Shown piece by piece: positions 36,762-50,661 of a stretch of 64,000 nt of DNA. Made by a program: the position numbers and the translations under genes. This stretch comes from Sphagnum compactum (lineage: Eukaryota). The stretch's first letter is position 1; each line of letters begins with the position of its first letter. Location: positions 36,508,213 to 36,572,212 of the forward strand of contig OZ234493.1 in NCBI GenBank assembly GCA_965153455.1. Direction: 5' to 3'. Under the pieces are notes generated by a model. The model did no database searches and had not been told where the DNA came from. It worked only from the letters and a program-made list of their open reading frames with translations.

Positions 36762-39700
36762 ATGCAAGGAATGGCGGCGCAATCCCGGCAGAGGAGCGGC
36801 GATGGCGGTCCTCCGGCAACATCTGCATGGACTGTGCCTCTGTACACAACAGCAGCACAACAGGCTTCTTCTCTTCTAAGTTCGGCTATTAGAGACCGTG
36901 AGCAACAACAGCTTCTTCACAGACCCGGTTCTTCTTCTCAAACCTCCAATCCTGTCATGCTTGGCACAGATCAGATGGCCAGCAGCAGCAGCAGTGGAGA
37001 TGATTCCGATAGCGGCTGTGACGAGGGAGATCGGCAAGGCCTGCTGCGCATCGATGCGCTTGAGTCTTCCATCTTGGCTAATTATCCTGTAGCTGACTGC
37101 ACTGATGACACAGGTACCGGGGGGGGGGTGCAGAGGAAATTCTCTCTCACATCTACAGAAATTTCTTTGTTTTGTTTCTGTTTAGTTCTCCCAGTTTCGT
37201 CCCTGTCTTGCTTGTTGTGCGTATTCCTGTGCAGTGTGAGCTTTCTTGTTGCATCGACATACTTTGATTCGTGATTGATTGCGGGTTTGATGAGTATATT
37301 TTTGTCATGTGCAACGGAAGGAGCGTCCTAGTAGGGTCTAATGCATGATCATCATGCATCAGTGTGGAGATGCATTATTTCTGGGAATGCTGCTTTCATC
37401 CAGGCATGTGTCAGTTAATGTAATTTGCATTAGAGGTCAAGATTCTCTCTGTGACAAACCAAGCTTTTGCAACTAGCAAAAGTATTGAAAACCTGTTGGC
37501 AGAGCTTGAAATGGAGTAAGATTGGGGGTTTATTGACTGTTGGTTGTGATCAGCGCTCAAAACAACAGAGACTTAAGAACCTGATGTCGGCAGCATTTGT
37601 GAAAATTCTGGTCTTGTTGCTCATGTCCTGGTGGTGTCTGTGAGTTTCAAATCTTCAAATGCTGAGGTAATCTTAACCCACAGATAGATAGCAGAATGGA
37701 AGAAACACAACAGTCTTAAGCATGCTGAAGGTGATGGTCTGACACTCTAAGTGACACTCTCAATGTCATGACTGCACTGATTCTTGCAGTGTTGGTTTTG
37801 ATTTGGCTGGATCTGACACAAGTGCCACCTTCAAAGTGTTTTTGTGGAGTTTCCTGTGCAATGTCATGGATATCTTTCATACACTTTGTGACTTTGTGGA
37901 TTTGTTGAGGTATCTGAAAGTCAACCTGCCATAGTTTTACACAGTTGGTTGAGTGTCCCAAGCTTATTTCATGATTCACTCGAATGGTATTGATTATTTG
38001 GATCTGCCATCAAGACACTGCAGTGAGCCACCAAAGGGGTTGATACAGGTTGTGTTCTCAAAATTATTGACATTCCAAATGCTGTGGCTTTTCAGCCTAA
38101 CAGTTCTAATTAGTCAGTTCTCTGTTTGATTCAGGCCTGGCAAAGATTCGAGCAATGTTGCTAGCCAAGCACAGTGGCGCAACAGCATGCTTGATATGCT
38201 TAGAAAAAGTGAGGGTGACAGATCCAATTTGGGATTGCAAGACAGGGTGCCATGCAGTTTTTCATCTGTTATGCATACAGTCATGGGCACAGCAAGCCTT
38301 AGGTACAGCTGCTGTCCATTCCCTAGGCCAGCTTTCTGGTCAGCATTTCCCTATGGCAGCAGCTGAGGCGGAAGAGAAGGCACGATGGCACTGCCCCAAA
38401 TGTCGGTCAGAGTACTCCAAATCTGAGCTCCCTCGGGAGTATCGATGTTTCTGTGGGAAGCAGGTGGACCCAGTGAATGACCCATGGTTAGCCCCACACA
38501 CTTGTGGAGACAAGTGTGAGCGGCCACTACCTGGTGATTGTGGTCACAACTGTGTACTATTGTGCCACCCTGGACCCTGCCCCACCTGTCCTCAGCTTCT
38601 CATGTTCAGGTATGGATTTGATTACATGCTTGTTACTAATCTTTGTGGATCTGAACAACTTGCTACCAATTCTCAATCTATTACAGGGCTGTGAAAAGCT
38701 AGTATTTGAACTCTTTCTTCCCTCTGCTCAACCTGCCACAGAATTTTGAAGTTTATATTGAGCATTTAAGCCCTCACTGTAAATGCTCTCATAGAAAATT
38801 GCTTCAGCCTTGTCTCTTGAAGGTACTGGAGGTTTGGTTCTCTTCAGTTCACATGGTTCAGTTCTTTGCAGCTGCTTCTGCGGAGGTGCCTCAGAGATGC
38901 GTCGTTGTGGACACCGCAGCTTTTCATGTGGAAAGCTGTGTCGGAAGCTTCTAGGCTGTGGGAAGCACAACTGTGAAAAATCATGCCATCAAGGGGCATG
39001 CCCTCCTTGTGCTAAAACAGCAGTTCATCCATGCAAGTGTGGTCGTACTACTGCACTCCGTGCATGTGCAGAATTGGACTTTAGATGTGAACAGAGCTGT
39101 GGTCGCCAACTATCCTGTCAGAAGCACTGCTGTGACAAGGGTTGTCATTCAGGGTCCTGTGGTGAATGCACTCTGGCTGGAAAGAGAAGCTGCCCATGTG
39201 GGAAAATTCAGCACACGGGCATCACTTGTGATTATGTAGTCCCTACATGTGGGTCAACTTGTGAGAAACCTCTCTCTTGTCAAAGGCATCGCTGCAATGA
39301 ACGCTGCCATTATGGACCTTGTAAGGATACCTGCCGTGTTGTTCTTACAAAATCTTGTCGATGTGGGAGCCTCAAAAAAGAGGTAAGCAGCTGCACTTGC
39401 CATCGGCATATGTAACTTTGAGGGTTTATGCAAATTTATGGTGGCAATTATGAGTTTTTGACTGATAAACATACAGGTGCCCTGCTATCAAGATCTGCTG
39501 TGTGAGAGGAAGTGTCAGCGAACAAGGGATTGCACTCGCCATGCTTGCAAGAGAAGATGTTGTGATGGCAATTGTCCTCCTTGCTCCGAGGTTTGTGTGA
39601 TTTTCATCATTTTCCTGCAAGTTAACAAATGCTGCTACTTCAATCCATGTTTAGGGTTTCTGTGCATTTCAGCACAGAGCTCATGAGCAGGGATGAGTAG

Positions 39701-42700
39701 GGTCCACTATCTCAAGAAAGGACCTAACCCCTAACCCTAGTACCTGCTTGGGTTCAGGTCACACTTTCTGGCAGTATGAGTGAGATGTTATATAGGTTAA
39801 ACATTGTACAAAAGCAGGGTGTAGAGTATAACATCTGGGAGGGTGTGCAGGTTTGTGGGAAGCGGCTTAAATGCAGGAACCACAAATGCCCTGCACCATG
39901 TCACAGGTATGATAAGAGGCGAGCCATTGCATTTTGTGAGCCTTTGTCTTTACTTAAATTTTTGGTCCTGGTTTGGTTTTTTCCTCACTTGAACAAGCCT
40001 GCTATTTGCAAGTGTGGAACTACATGGATGTATACTTGTAATTTCTTGACCACATCCAACAGAAGTAGGTTCCAACCCTAAAATATGAATAAATGTGTTT
40101 GGAACCAAATAACTGTCTAGTAGAGCTTTGAGAATCATTAACAATTTTCAACTATCACTACTAGAGTGCTGTAGCCTTGTGAATTCCCTTGTGCAAGGGA
40201 CCTAGGGGAAGGAAGTTTGGGTAGGGGAGGGTGTTGGGCTTTATACACTGTACAGCTCTGGTGCCTAGGTTGTCACGTTTAGAAGATTTTTATTGTTGGA
40301 CATAATACATTTGAAGCTTAGTGTTCTCTTGGGGCTTTAAGCATATACTTTCTCTTCTCCTTAATATGTTTGGATAACAGAAGAGAACTTGTTGCAATGG
40401 GAGTTGCTCTAAGCTCCATACATCCCTGTCAATCGATTATTCACAACTACTATACACAATGGGGAGTTGTTTGCAAACAGTCAACTGTAGTTGCCTGGAT
40501 CCTGAACAAAGAGTAACATTTCGTTGGCTGTCAGAGGATTTTGTGCACCATGTCCTCTCATGGTGCAAATCTCATGTGCTTGTGGAGAAACAGCTTTTCA
40601 GGTTTGCTCAAGCTTTTATCATGCTGTCCTTGTTATCTGTATCGGAAGAATTGAGTTTCACAGGTTTTGTCTACAAACTCTGGTCAATATGAAGGGAATA
40701 CTTTAGAAGATATTTGTAAGGCCATCATTTCGGGTGGTGGTCTCCTAAATTTTTCCCAAATGCTCAGTGCTCCGCAATGCTGACAGAATGTCTGCTGGTT
40801 TTTGTTGTCTCCTTCTGTGGAATGTGTTTTGGGTTTATAAGAGGTTTATCTGGGATTGGGCAGGTGCCATGTGGAACTGAGAGAGACCAGCGACCACCAC
40901 GGTGTGTGAAGCCGTGTCGCATCCCTGCTGGCTGCTTGCATGGTGCTAACTGCAAGGTTTGTTTCATTAGTAACAATTGAAGGGAGGTCAACTCTGTAAA
41001 AATGGAACATCCTGAACAGGCATTCAAGACCTTTGTATTAGACCTAGGTTGCTATAAACAATGTCAATCTTGAAAGTCACAGAAGAAATATTGTACATGT
41101 AAAGATTGTTGAAGGGTGAGAGGGTTAGGGAGAAGTATTAGTGCTTGTAATGAGTAATTCCAGTCTCAACATGTGGAATGACTGCAAATGATTATAGGGT
41201 AATAGCACATGCTAGTTTTTTTTGTTACCTCTTTTCTCAATTGTTGGCAGTCGTATTCCTGATTATTTTGATGTTGATCATTAGCTTTGCAACATCTCCA
41301 TTCTGGGACTTAAGTCTGTAACCATGTTCCAATTGTCCTTCAGTCCAGAGCTAATATTGGCACATCATCATCATGCCAATATCCTGGTTGATAGGGCTAC
41401 TTCGCAAGTAGCTCTCATATCCAAACCCCCCAGGTGCATGGTAGATGTTATGTATACAAGGCAACCCATCTAGACTGGGGCCACTGTACCAACTGGTCAT
41501 CCCAAGGATTAGAGATGGGAATTTTCAAGTCCTAGGGTCCAGATCTGGTTGCACTTGTTGGGGCTGTAAGAAGGAGTCCATCTGCATGCAGCATGGTTCT
41601 TGTTGTCCTTTTCCTTACAAGTTCCATCTCTGTGTGCTGGCCTCGTTCTTGTTGGGATACATTGATTTTGACTGAGCCCTGAAGTCTGGGACTCTTGATT
41701 TTGAAACTGTACAACTCCTATAAACCAAACAATAAGTTGGAATTGAGTCTCAAGGAAGTCCTTCAGTCAGGCATGCTTTCATAGATGAGGAGAGGAATGG
41801 GCTAATAAGTGAAGAACAAGATGCATCCATGGTGTCAAGTTCTTAAGTTATGTCTCAGTTGATATTTTTTTTGCTAATTAAGTTAGCTTTTGAGGCCAGC
41901 TATTTCTTGAGTCATACTACACATTTAAAAATTGTTTCATTGGTGCCACAGGTGCATCGATGCCACTATGGAGCCTGCCCAGCCTGTCAGCTTCCATGTG
42001 GTGCTATTTTGCCATGTGGCCATTCTTGCAAAGAAAGGTCTCTTCCCTTACTTGACTGTGACCATGCACTTGCACTTCTAGAATGTCTCCTTTCAAGTTT
42101 TTCAAGCAGAAGATGGACAACCCTTGCTTTGAATTGCTGAACTGAAGTTGGTACAATTTGAGCCAAGAAAATCAATTATGCAGCTGTTTTGATGAAACAT
42201 GAAGCCTGGAGACTGCAGTAATGTACCAAATTCTTAGGTGCATAATGACACCGGGAGTTCTTAGAGTGATTCTCTTGCTGGTTTCAAAGGCTTTGTTGAT
42301 CATGACATGAATAGGATTTGACAGAAGGGAAACCCTAAGCATGACATGAATAGGATTTTAGCATGACATGAATGTGATTTGGCAGAAGGGAAACCCTAAT
42401 TTTAAAGCCATGTAGAGGGAAAGGTGGAATTTGGGGTTGAAATAAACTTCCAATGCACCCAGACAAATAGATGAGAACTGCTACCAAATCCTAACAGCCA
42501 TTTTTAGAGGGTCTGAGATGACTTTAAGTGGAAAGGGTACAATGAAGTGAATATGCAAAAGCTTTGTCAAACATGACCAAGACAAGGCCCCCCAGCTTCA
42601 CTGGATACTTTGACCTGCTGTGATATGTGAATATAGTTTTCTTTGATTATTGGTGATATACAAACTACATGAGTTTCTTCATGCATGTAAATTCCTAAAA

Positions 42701-45700
42701 ACCAGCGTAGCTAATGGAGAGTGGTGAAGAATATTTCTTTATGAGTGACAGTGCCCTTGTGAAGGTAGTAAGATGTTGGGTATCAGAACACCTAGAAAAG
42801 TAAAGGGAATCTGTAAGGGCTTGGATGGGGCTATTGACCTGCATAGAATGCAGCTTACTTGGGTAGGGTCATATTTGCTACAACAAATCACAGTTTGTGC
42901 ATGTACATTATATTATTTGTGTAAGTAAAATGAAGTATGTGAATGCAAACTTCAAATTCTAAACCCTCAGTAGACATCATAAGCTCTAACTGGGGATTCT
43001 GGTGCATAGTAGTGCAAGGACGATGTTCTTCCAGATCAAGTAACCATAAGGCCTAACTGAACCTGGTTTTTTCTATGATGAATCTGATGTCATTTGATGT
43101 GGGTCACTACAGATGTCATGGGCCACAACCACGTCCAAATCCTGAGTACACCTTGAAGTCCAAAAAGAAGAAGGTTAGGCATGGCACAGATCCAACAAAC
43201 ACAGGTTCTCCATGTCCACCTTGCTCTGAATGGATAGTGCAGCAGTGCCTTGGCCATCACTCAGGCAGTGAACGCCCGGTAACTATCTTTATTGACCAAT
43301 TCTTTTAATTGTTTGTAGTTGTGTGATTGAGCACACGAATGTTCAGGATTGCATAAAAATCTGAAAGGCACCTATACAACTTTGCACATGATGAAACTTG
43401 CAGATTCCTGATGGTTAAATTTCATAATCCCTGGAATCACTGGTAGCCTCGCAGGGAAATATTGGGAAGAAGTGTTACTGAGGATATTATGTCAAATCTC
43501 ATGCATTCCCTGTGGTCTCAATCTCTGCATAGTGGAATTGATATTTTACAACTAGATGCACATGGTGTCTCTCAACTGCAAGCAGAAATTTGATGCAGTT
43601 GGATGCTACTGTAATGTGAAATCAGCCGGGGATTTCAATTGTGTGGGGCAAGGATGAGAGATGAAAGTGTCAGCAGTATATATATTCTTCCCTTTCTTTG
43701 TGCTTCTTTGTCATCCAATTCCACAATCAAGCTCAAAAACTTAATGATTGCTTTTACTTGTGCAGATGGTCTGCTCTCAGAAGTCACTGTTTCAGTGTGA
43801 AAAGTTGTGTGGAAATCCCTTGACATGTGGCAACCATCAGTGTCAAAGCATTTGCCACTTGGTGACAGTTCCCCGCTGCAAATCTGGAGAAGTGCAAAAA
43901 CCTCAGGTTATGTCAGCCATTGAGAACTGCAACACCAGATTTGGAACAGAGTATCTAACCCAGGAGCAACTAGCTCAAACCAATGGTGTGGCAGAAGTTG
44001 ACACTTGTGAGAGGTGCAATTTACCATGCCAGAAGGTGACTCTTCTTTTCAAAGTACTTGTGTTAGGAGACATTGATGATGGTTCCTTGTGGTTTCATGG
44101 TATTTTTCCGGGACCATACACAATGAACACCCCATGAAGTTTGGCATGCACACTGCCACTGCCCTTTCTGCTAAGTACTCCAAATAATTACATTGAAGAA
44201 CCAATCTGTGAAACCTGATGTAACAATTTGAAAGCTGAGGGTGTCAAGCAAGTGTTAGGCTCAACATGGCCCTCTTGCAAGTGGTTGTGGTTCAGATCCC
44301 TGCGGGTGCTTGCTTAAGGTTAATGATATTTTTCAAAGCAGTTATAGCAGGGTTAACATGGTGAAGTACTTATTAATGAGTTAAAAACTGGCATTGGGCC
44401 TGTGGGGATTGAAGTAGGCAATCAAAATTGCCCTGTTACCCCCAATTGAAGGTCTCTAACTTTGAAAGCAGACAGTAGTCTCGGTAGAAACACTGCATAA
44501 GTCCTCTAGAATTCTGTCATATCTGAGTGGGTTCCTATCACACAGATTTTTCCAAAGCTTTGTTGGTGGAATATTCCCTGCTGTTATGGTTGAGAGAATC
44601 CTCACATTTTGGATTGAGTTGTGACAGAAACGGCCAGATGGGTGTATTCATCTATGTTCACGTCCTTGTCACATTGGTGACTGCCCACCATGCAAAGCTC
44701 TAGTGAAGCGGCCCTGCTATTGCAGGGCTTTGGTTCATGCCTTTGAGTGCTCGATGTTCAATTCTGCAACCAAAGAAGCCCAGGCAAAATTACTTCCTTG
44801 TGGAGGCCCTTGCCACCAGTAGGTCAACTTAATCCATTCCAAGTCTTTGGTTTTTTTTCAGGTGGACACTGGACTGATGAGGAGAACATCACAATCTCTT
44901 CTCGTAACAATACATCTCATAGCACCTCACAGACCTCTGGTTTCAGATGGTTACCCTATGTACAGTAATGGCCTTCAATTGGGTTCCTGCAGTGTCAAGA
45001 GGTTGTTTGATGTGTTCTTGAGGAACAGAAAGGAAATGCAGCATTTGGCGTGACACACAGAGTGGGCCTGTGATTGCAGGAAACTTCCCAACTGTGCACA
45101 TTTGTGCCCAGACATTTGTCATCCTAATGCCTGTCCAACTGCCACCAATTGCCGCAAAAAGGTTTGGCAGGAAGCTTCTTTATTCACTCAGATTTTATAC
45201 ATGCTGCTAAATTATGCATTTTCCTATTTTGGGCTTGTTGCACAAGTAGGGTGAACACTCAACACTGTCATTTGCTTGGACATCTGTGGGTTTATGACAG
45301 GTTGTGGTACGATGTGCATGCCAGCGACTGAAGAAAGAGTGGCTGTGTTGTGAGGTTCAAGCTGCACAAAAAGGAGAGGCTGGCTCAAAAGATCTTCCTA
45401 AAGGGACTCTCCCACCCGGATGTGGCCTTCTGTTTTGTGATCAGGAGTGTATGCGATTGGCTGCTGAACAGAAGGCGAAGGAGGAGTCTGAGGCACTCAG
45501 GCAGCGCAAACTCAAAGAACCTGAGGTCATGAGTCCCACTGTGCATCTCTAATAATTTTTTCTACACATTCTGAATGAGACCCCTAGACATTTGAATTTA
45601 AGCATTATTGTGTGTCTCTAATGTGCTGTGAGCAATTGTATACAGGCATTTTGAAGCAACCCAAAAATGCAAAACTTTCTCAACTACAATCAGTAGAACT

Positions 45701-46236
45701 AGCAACTTGTGTATTAGAATCCATTTGTTAGGGAAATGGGATATTCTGGAGAATCCTGCATATGCACAATGATATGCAAGATATATATAAGCACAAATGT
45801 GGATTGTCTTTACATGGCTACATCCTTGTGGTATTGATTGATTGCACCAAAGATTGAGGTGGATGAGTGTTCATTCCCATGTCATTTTTTTTTGCAGCCC
45901 AAAGAAATTGTGGTGAGATCAAAGAGACAGAGAAGGTCTGCTCTGGCTGATGAGAAGCAAAACAGCTCATGGTTTCAGGTAGCATACTGTTCCATTCTCT
46001 GTGTTCTGTTTTATATATAAGGAGAGTCTCATTGGACTGGAGTTGGGTTACTCATGCTTTGTGAATCTTATTTGCAGGAATGGATGGTGACAGCAACACA
46101 ATGGTTTTGGAGGTTGTCATGGGTTGTCATTGGGATTCTTTTGATCATTTATGGGTACAAGGGGTTGCAGGGACTCTCAGATTGGATGAATGCACGGGAT
46201 GCAATAAGGCCTCGTAAGATGCCTGGACGTTTTTAG
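36762..46236 (+). CDS. NFXL2: NF-X1-type zinc finger protein, NFXL2-like (~975 aa); exons 36762-37113, 38135-38609, 38872-39382, 39477-39590, 39851-39906, 40535-40601, 40864-40956, 41952-42037, 43113-43278, 43766-44035, 44628-44818, 45080-45161, 45301-45525, 45898-45978, 46078-46236
   Basis: RING/PHD-like '[32 protein letters not shown]...WHCPKCR', repeated NF-X1 fingers ('[11 protein letters not shown]'), C-terminal charged helix and hydrophobic segment ('[19 protein letters not shown]'). The 15 GT-AG exons sum to 2928 nt in frame. Start could be 36762 or 36771. Confidence 0.93.
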
Positions 46237-47624
46237 AGAGATACTGAGGTAAGAATCTTGATTTAAATCAATTTGAGCTTCCCTGAACTTTGCCTGAGTT
46301 ATTTTCATCCCATTACTGTGGATACTACAGAGTTCACCAGTCACAAAACCCTTTTACAGGTCGACAACCTTTTGATTGGGTCAAAGAGAATAGTTGTATG
46401 TGACTGAAAACTCAACAAAACCTTAGTATTAGCATTGTTAGACCCTTGATTGGGACCGACTGGCCCATGTGAAAAATCGGTGTTTCTCTTTGCCTCCTTA
46501 GTGGATGAGATGTCTATCCACTGTGTTCTTTCTGAGCCAGATACAGTGTCTGTTCTCTCATTCAATAGAACTTTTAAATTATCAAGTACTTTTTGTTTCT
46601 CTTCTTTTAGTCTTTAGAAGGTTAACTGTAACACGTGTGGGTCACAGTGGTTCAAGTCGTATTGGAGTATAGCCATGGCAAAACATGTTAAGAACATGGA
46701 TAGGAAACAAAATTTTGCAAACTATGGACACTCCATGACCTTTTGGGAGTTTTTAGTGCAGACGTTCCAGGGACAGACCAATCGTCAATGGTGATGACAT
46801 CCCAAAGTTGATCCCATGATGATTTTATGTTTTCAAAAGGATTTTTTTTTTGTTGATTGATCTTGGAACAATCAAGAAAAGAAACTTTTGGAAAACAGAA
46901 AATTCATATGGGAACAACTTTGGAAACATTGTAAGGACCTGATTCGTATGTGGAAAAGTTATGAACCTTTGTAGAACAACTTTGGGAACTTTGGGGGGGA
47001 TGTCTTCCTTGACTGAAACTTCCCAAAACTTGAACAAGTTTTTTCGGGTTATAAGTGTTGCATTCCAATCTATTATAAGTTCTTAACTATGTTCAAGATA
47101 AAACAAAACTCTAAAACAACGTATACGAACATTTACAGTAACTCTGAGGATGGATTGCTTGCATGACGACACTAATATAGCCACGCAAGCTCTATCATAA
47201 TTTACTAGTGTGGCCTGTTAAGGTTACAATAGTTCACAGCCCATATTGTGAATATTGAATGAGTTTTGAAAGGGTAAATAAATGGCATACCATCTTTAGC
47301 CTAAGTCTGGAATCCAATTTTTAATCAAATTCTAGTGTGTTTGAGTTTGATTGAGTTTTCAGTGAAAAAAGTTATTCAATTTTCAATATCTCTTGCACCT
47401 TAGGTCTAAAAATCATACAGGAATCATCTGTAAGGAACCCTATTAATCATAGAGGGTTTTCCAACGGCACTGAGAGTGTGGCCCAATATTTAATAAAAAC
47501 ATTTAGGTTTGACTTTATTGAATTTCCAATGCCAAAATTGTTCAATATTCAAGAACTTCTACACCGATGGAGGTTTAAACATCGTGAAGCCCATTTCACC
47601 CCTACTAATTGAGGTGGCTTTCAA

Positions 47625-47900
47625 GCCAATACCAAGAGTGTGGTGGGGGCCCTCATCGAGGGGGTCTTTCATGCAGTACCAAGAGTGCGGTGGGGGTTCT
47701 GATCGAGGAGGTTGGCTTTGCATCAGTACCAAGAGTGCAGCAGGGTGCTCATTGAGGAGGTGGCTTTGTATCAGTACCAAGAGTGCAGCAGGGTGCTCAT
47801 GGAGGAGGGGGCTTTCCATTCCCTTGGTACCAAGAGTGCGGCGGCAGGGTGCTCATCGAGTAGGGGGCTTTCCATCAGTACCAAGAGTGCGGCGGGGGTG
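47625..47900. repeat. ~48 bp GC-rich minisatellite (~6 copies)
   Basis: 'taccaagagtg..g..ggg.gctcat.gag' repeated. Confidence 0.9.
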
Positions 47901-48399
47901 CTGTGGTTTGCTGTGGTTTGGGAGATTTCAATTGTGACAAAACAAAACAAACAGACTAGCTTTGGTTTAAAGGATGGATAACATTGTGACAATATCAATT
48001 CAAATTTGCAGCACTAAGAAACAACACCTATTGCAGGTGGATGCATGTCCTTTTTGCAGTAGCCAATCAACAATGGAGGTCCATTTTTCGATTGCACATT
48101 GACAGGGAAGATTGATTTTCAGATCAGGAAAAAAACAATAGCAAAAAAAATGATGAAACAACCAAGAAAACAAAATCACAAACCAAAAAAAAAAAAAAAA
48201 ACAGAAAAGCTGCAAGATCCACTTGAGATGATGATCCATGAAGTCTCCACCTCCAAGAGCATGAAAGAGCAAAGAAAAGGGATTTGAAAATCATGTTTAG
48301 AAACCTGAATGATGGGTGTGACAACAACCAAAGCAAAAACGTACATTATTATTGTGGAAGAATATGAACCTGAATAATTCCTTAGGAGGTGGCAGCTAG

Positions 48400-48725
48400 A
48401 CTAAACAAGGGGTGTGGCACACGGGGCCCTTTGCCCCCATTTGCATTAAAAAGTATCTGAAAGCACATGAAGAATTACGGAAACTCAAACCATGCAAAAA
48501 TACAATCTTCAAAAAATCCTCTAAAAGAAACCAAAATCCTTCAAGAGAGTATAACTCTGTAACTAATCTCAAGTTTCAACACAAGCCAAAAATATCATCT
48601 TTTAATAATATTCTCATATAAGAATAGAACTATTATTATTACCTTAGGGGCGAAAATCCCTTCAGCTGCTATACTCCAGAATGAATCTAAACACAATATC
48701 ATTGCCTAGCAAGGCAAGGCCAAAA
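48400..48725 (+). repeat. ~330 bp dispersed repeat, copy 1 (inverted copy 50132-50492; direct partial copy 55345-55656)
   Basis: Shared 'aaaatccttcaag...taactaatctcaagt..caacacaa...agaatgaatctaaacacaatatc...gcaaggccaa'. Confidence 0.85.
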
Positions 48726-49191
48726 GAGGACCATGATAGCTCTGCAGCAATCAGTGAGTGAGGAGCCTTAGTATTATACTCTTGGCAGAATTCCCAGACC
48801 AACAAAAACAAAATATCATGTGGGATCAAATCCAGTTACAAAGATTGACCATTGATCATCATCCCATTGCTGCAAGTGTGGTGCTCTGTCCTCAAAAATG
48901 GCTTTGAAGGCCAGGTGGGTTGTTTCTTTGGTCAAGTCTAATGTTCCAAGCCATGTCCAAGCTTCTGCACCGCTGCCGAATCCACAAAAGAAGAGAAGAA
49001 ATGTTAAATCATCAATTTGTTGTATAATAAGAAAAGAAAAAGATGACCCAATGAAAATAACTTTTAAAAAACTCTCTAATTACATATTCAAATGCAGATT
49101 CATATAAAATATATGGCATTGATTGTTGATCATTTATCAGAATGCCCAATATCTCTAATATCAGTATATATTTGAATCAGGTAACACACTC

Positions 49192-49790
49192 CCTAGTTAT
49201 GTATTCTTGGGTACTTATTCGGTTTTATATTAATTAGTTGGGGATGCCTCGCAAGTCCAACTTTTTTTTAATTTTAAATTTTTTTTAGAATTTAATTTAA
49301 TTTTTTTTTTTTTAGCAATGAGCCAACTTGATTGGCCTATTGCAAAGTTGGCCTATTGCAAAAAAAAAAAAAGTTGAAACTATGTAGGCTCCCCAAAATA
49401 GAAGATTCTATGGAAAGATAGAGTATCACCCCCTTTGGCCCATGTATATAGGTCAGAAGGGGAGGACTTTGGGCAAAACATATGGGATTAAAGCAAGGTG
49501 CTATTGGGAACACCTTTGGGGAACGCATCAGGAACCTAGGGAACATATTGGGAACCTGATGGGGACTTGAAGGGAACATGTTAGGACCAAAGGAAAAATG
49601 AAAAAAATCCTCCTCCCCCCCCCCCAACCCCCACCACCACCCAAAACTTAAAAGAAAAAAAAATCAAGGCACTTTGAGTGCATGCTGAGCCTTCCCATTG
49701 GCTGCATGAAATTTCTATTTCCAAAAACTGTTGGTCACCATTTTTGGCCTGGGCTAATACCCCCATTATAAACTGGGGGTACTTATTTAT
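49192..49790. mobile_element. Non-autonomous repeat element with 'GGGAAC' internal repeats and a terminal hairpin
   Basis: 'gggtacttatt' at both ends in direct orientation, hairpin tacccc...ggggta at the right end, iterated gggaac motifs. Confidence 0.55.
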
Positions 49791-50558
49791 TCATACTAGA
49801 ATATATATTATATAATAATAATAATAATAATAATAATATAATATATTATTATTAGTAGGTTTGGGGCCTACTAGTGTCTAGACTTTACCACATCCAAAAT
49901 AATTTGCAAGTTATTTTTCATCCCCATCTACAAACATGAAAATCATAAACAATGTAAAAGCAAGGATCAATTAAAATGTCACCACCAAATGGGCCAATTA
50001 TTGTGATCATAAAATCAAAGTCAATCATTTTACTTTATTAGCACTTTAAGAAAAAAACCATTTTATCCTGAGTATATTAACAGCTCGAAGCTCAATTTCA
50101 CACTAATTTAAAGCATGAACTAAAAATTTTTGTTGGCCTCGCGTACTACCAAGGCCCTTAAGGATATTGTGTTTAGATTCATTATAGAGTATAGTAGCTT
50201 AAGGGATTTTTATAGGCCCCTAGGTAATAAATAAATAATAATAATAGGTCTACTTTTTTTTATATGAGGATTTTCAAAAGAATGATATTTTGGGCTTGTG
50301 TTGAAACTTGAGATTAGTTATAATAGAGTTATAACATCTTGAAGGATTTTGATTTCTTTTAGAGGAATTTTTTGAAGATTATAATATTTGCGTGGTGAAA
50401 TATTTGAGTTTCCATAATTCTTCTTCTTTTGCCTTAAGATACCTTTAAATGTAAATGGCAACAAGGCCACACCGTGACACAAATCCCTTGTTTATTTTAA
50501 AGTGTTCTGTAGTATGTAATTGATCCACCAGATGGTCACAGCAACTCACAACATAGAA

Positions 50559-50661
50559 TAGGATCAAAATCAAAGCAACTTAAGCAAAGTGTTAGGATCA
50601 AAATCAAAGCAACTTAAGCAAAGTGTTAGGATCAAAATCAAAGCAACTTAAGCAAAGTGTT
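50559..50661. repeat. 34 bp tandem repeat x3
   Basis: taggatcaaaatcaaagcaacttaagcaaagtgt at 50559, 50593, 50627. Confidence 0.95.

Noticed and set aside
44245..44320. tRNA/SINE-like 'tggttcagatccc' B-box
   Set aside because: No cloverleaf or clear A-box; too weak to call.
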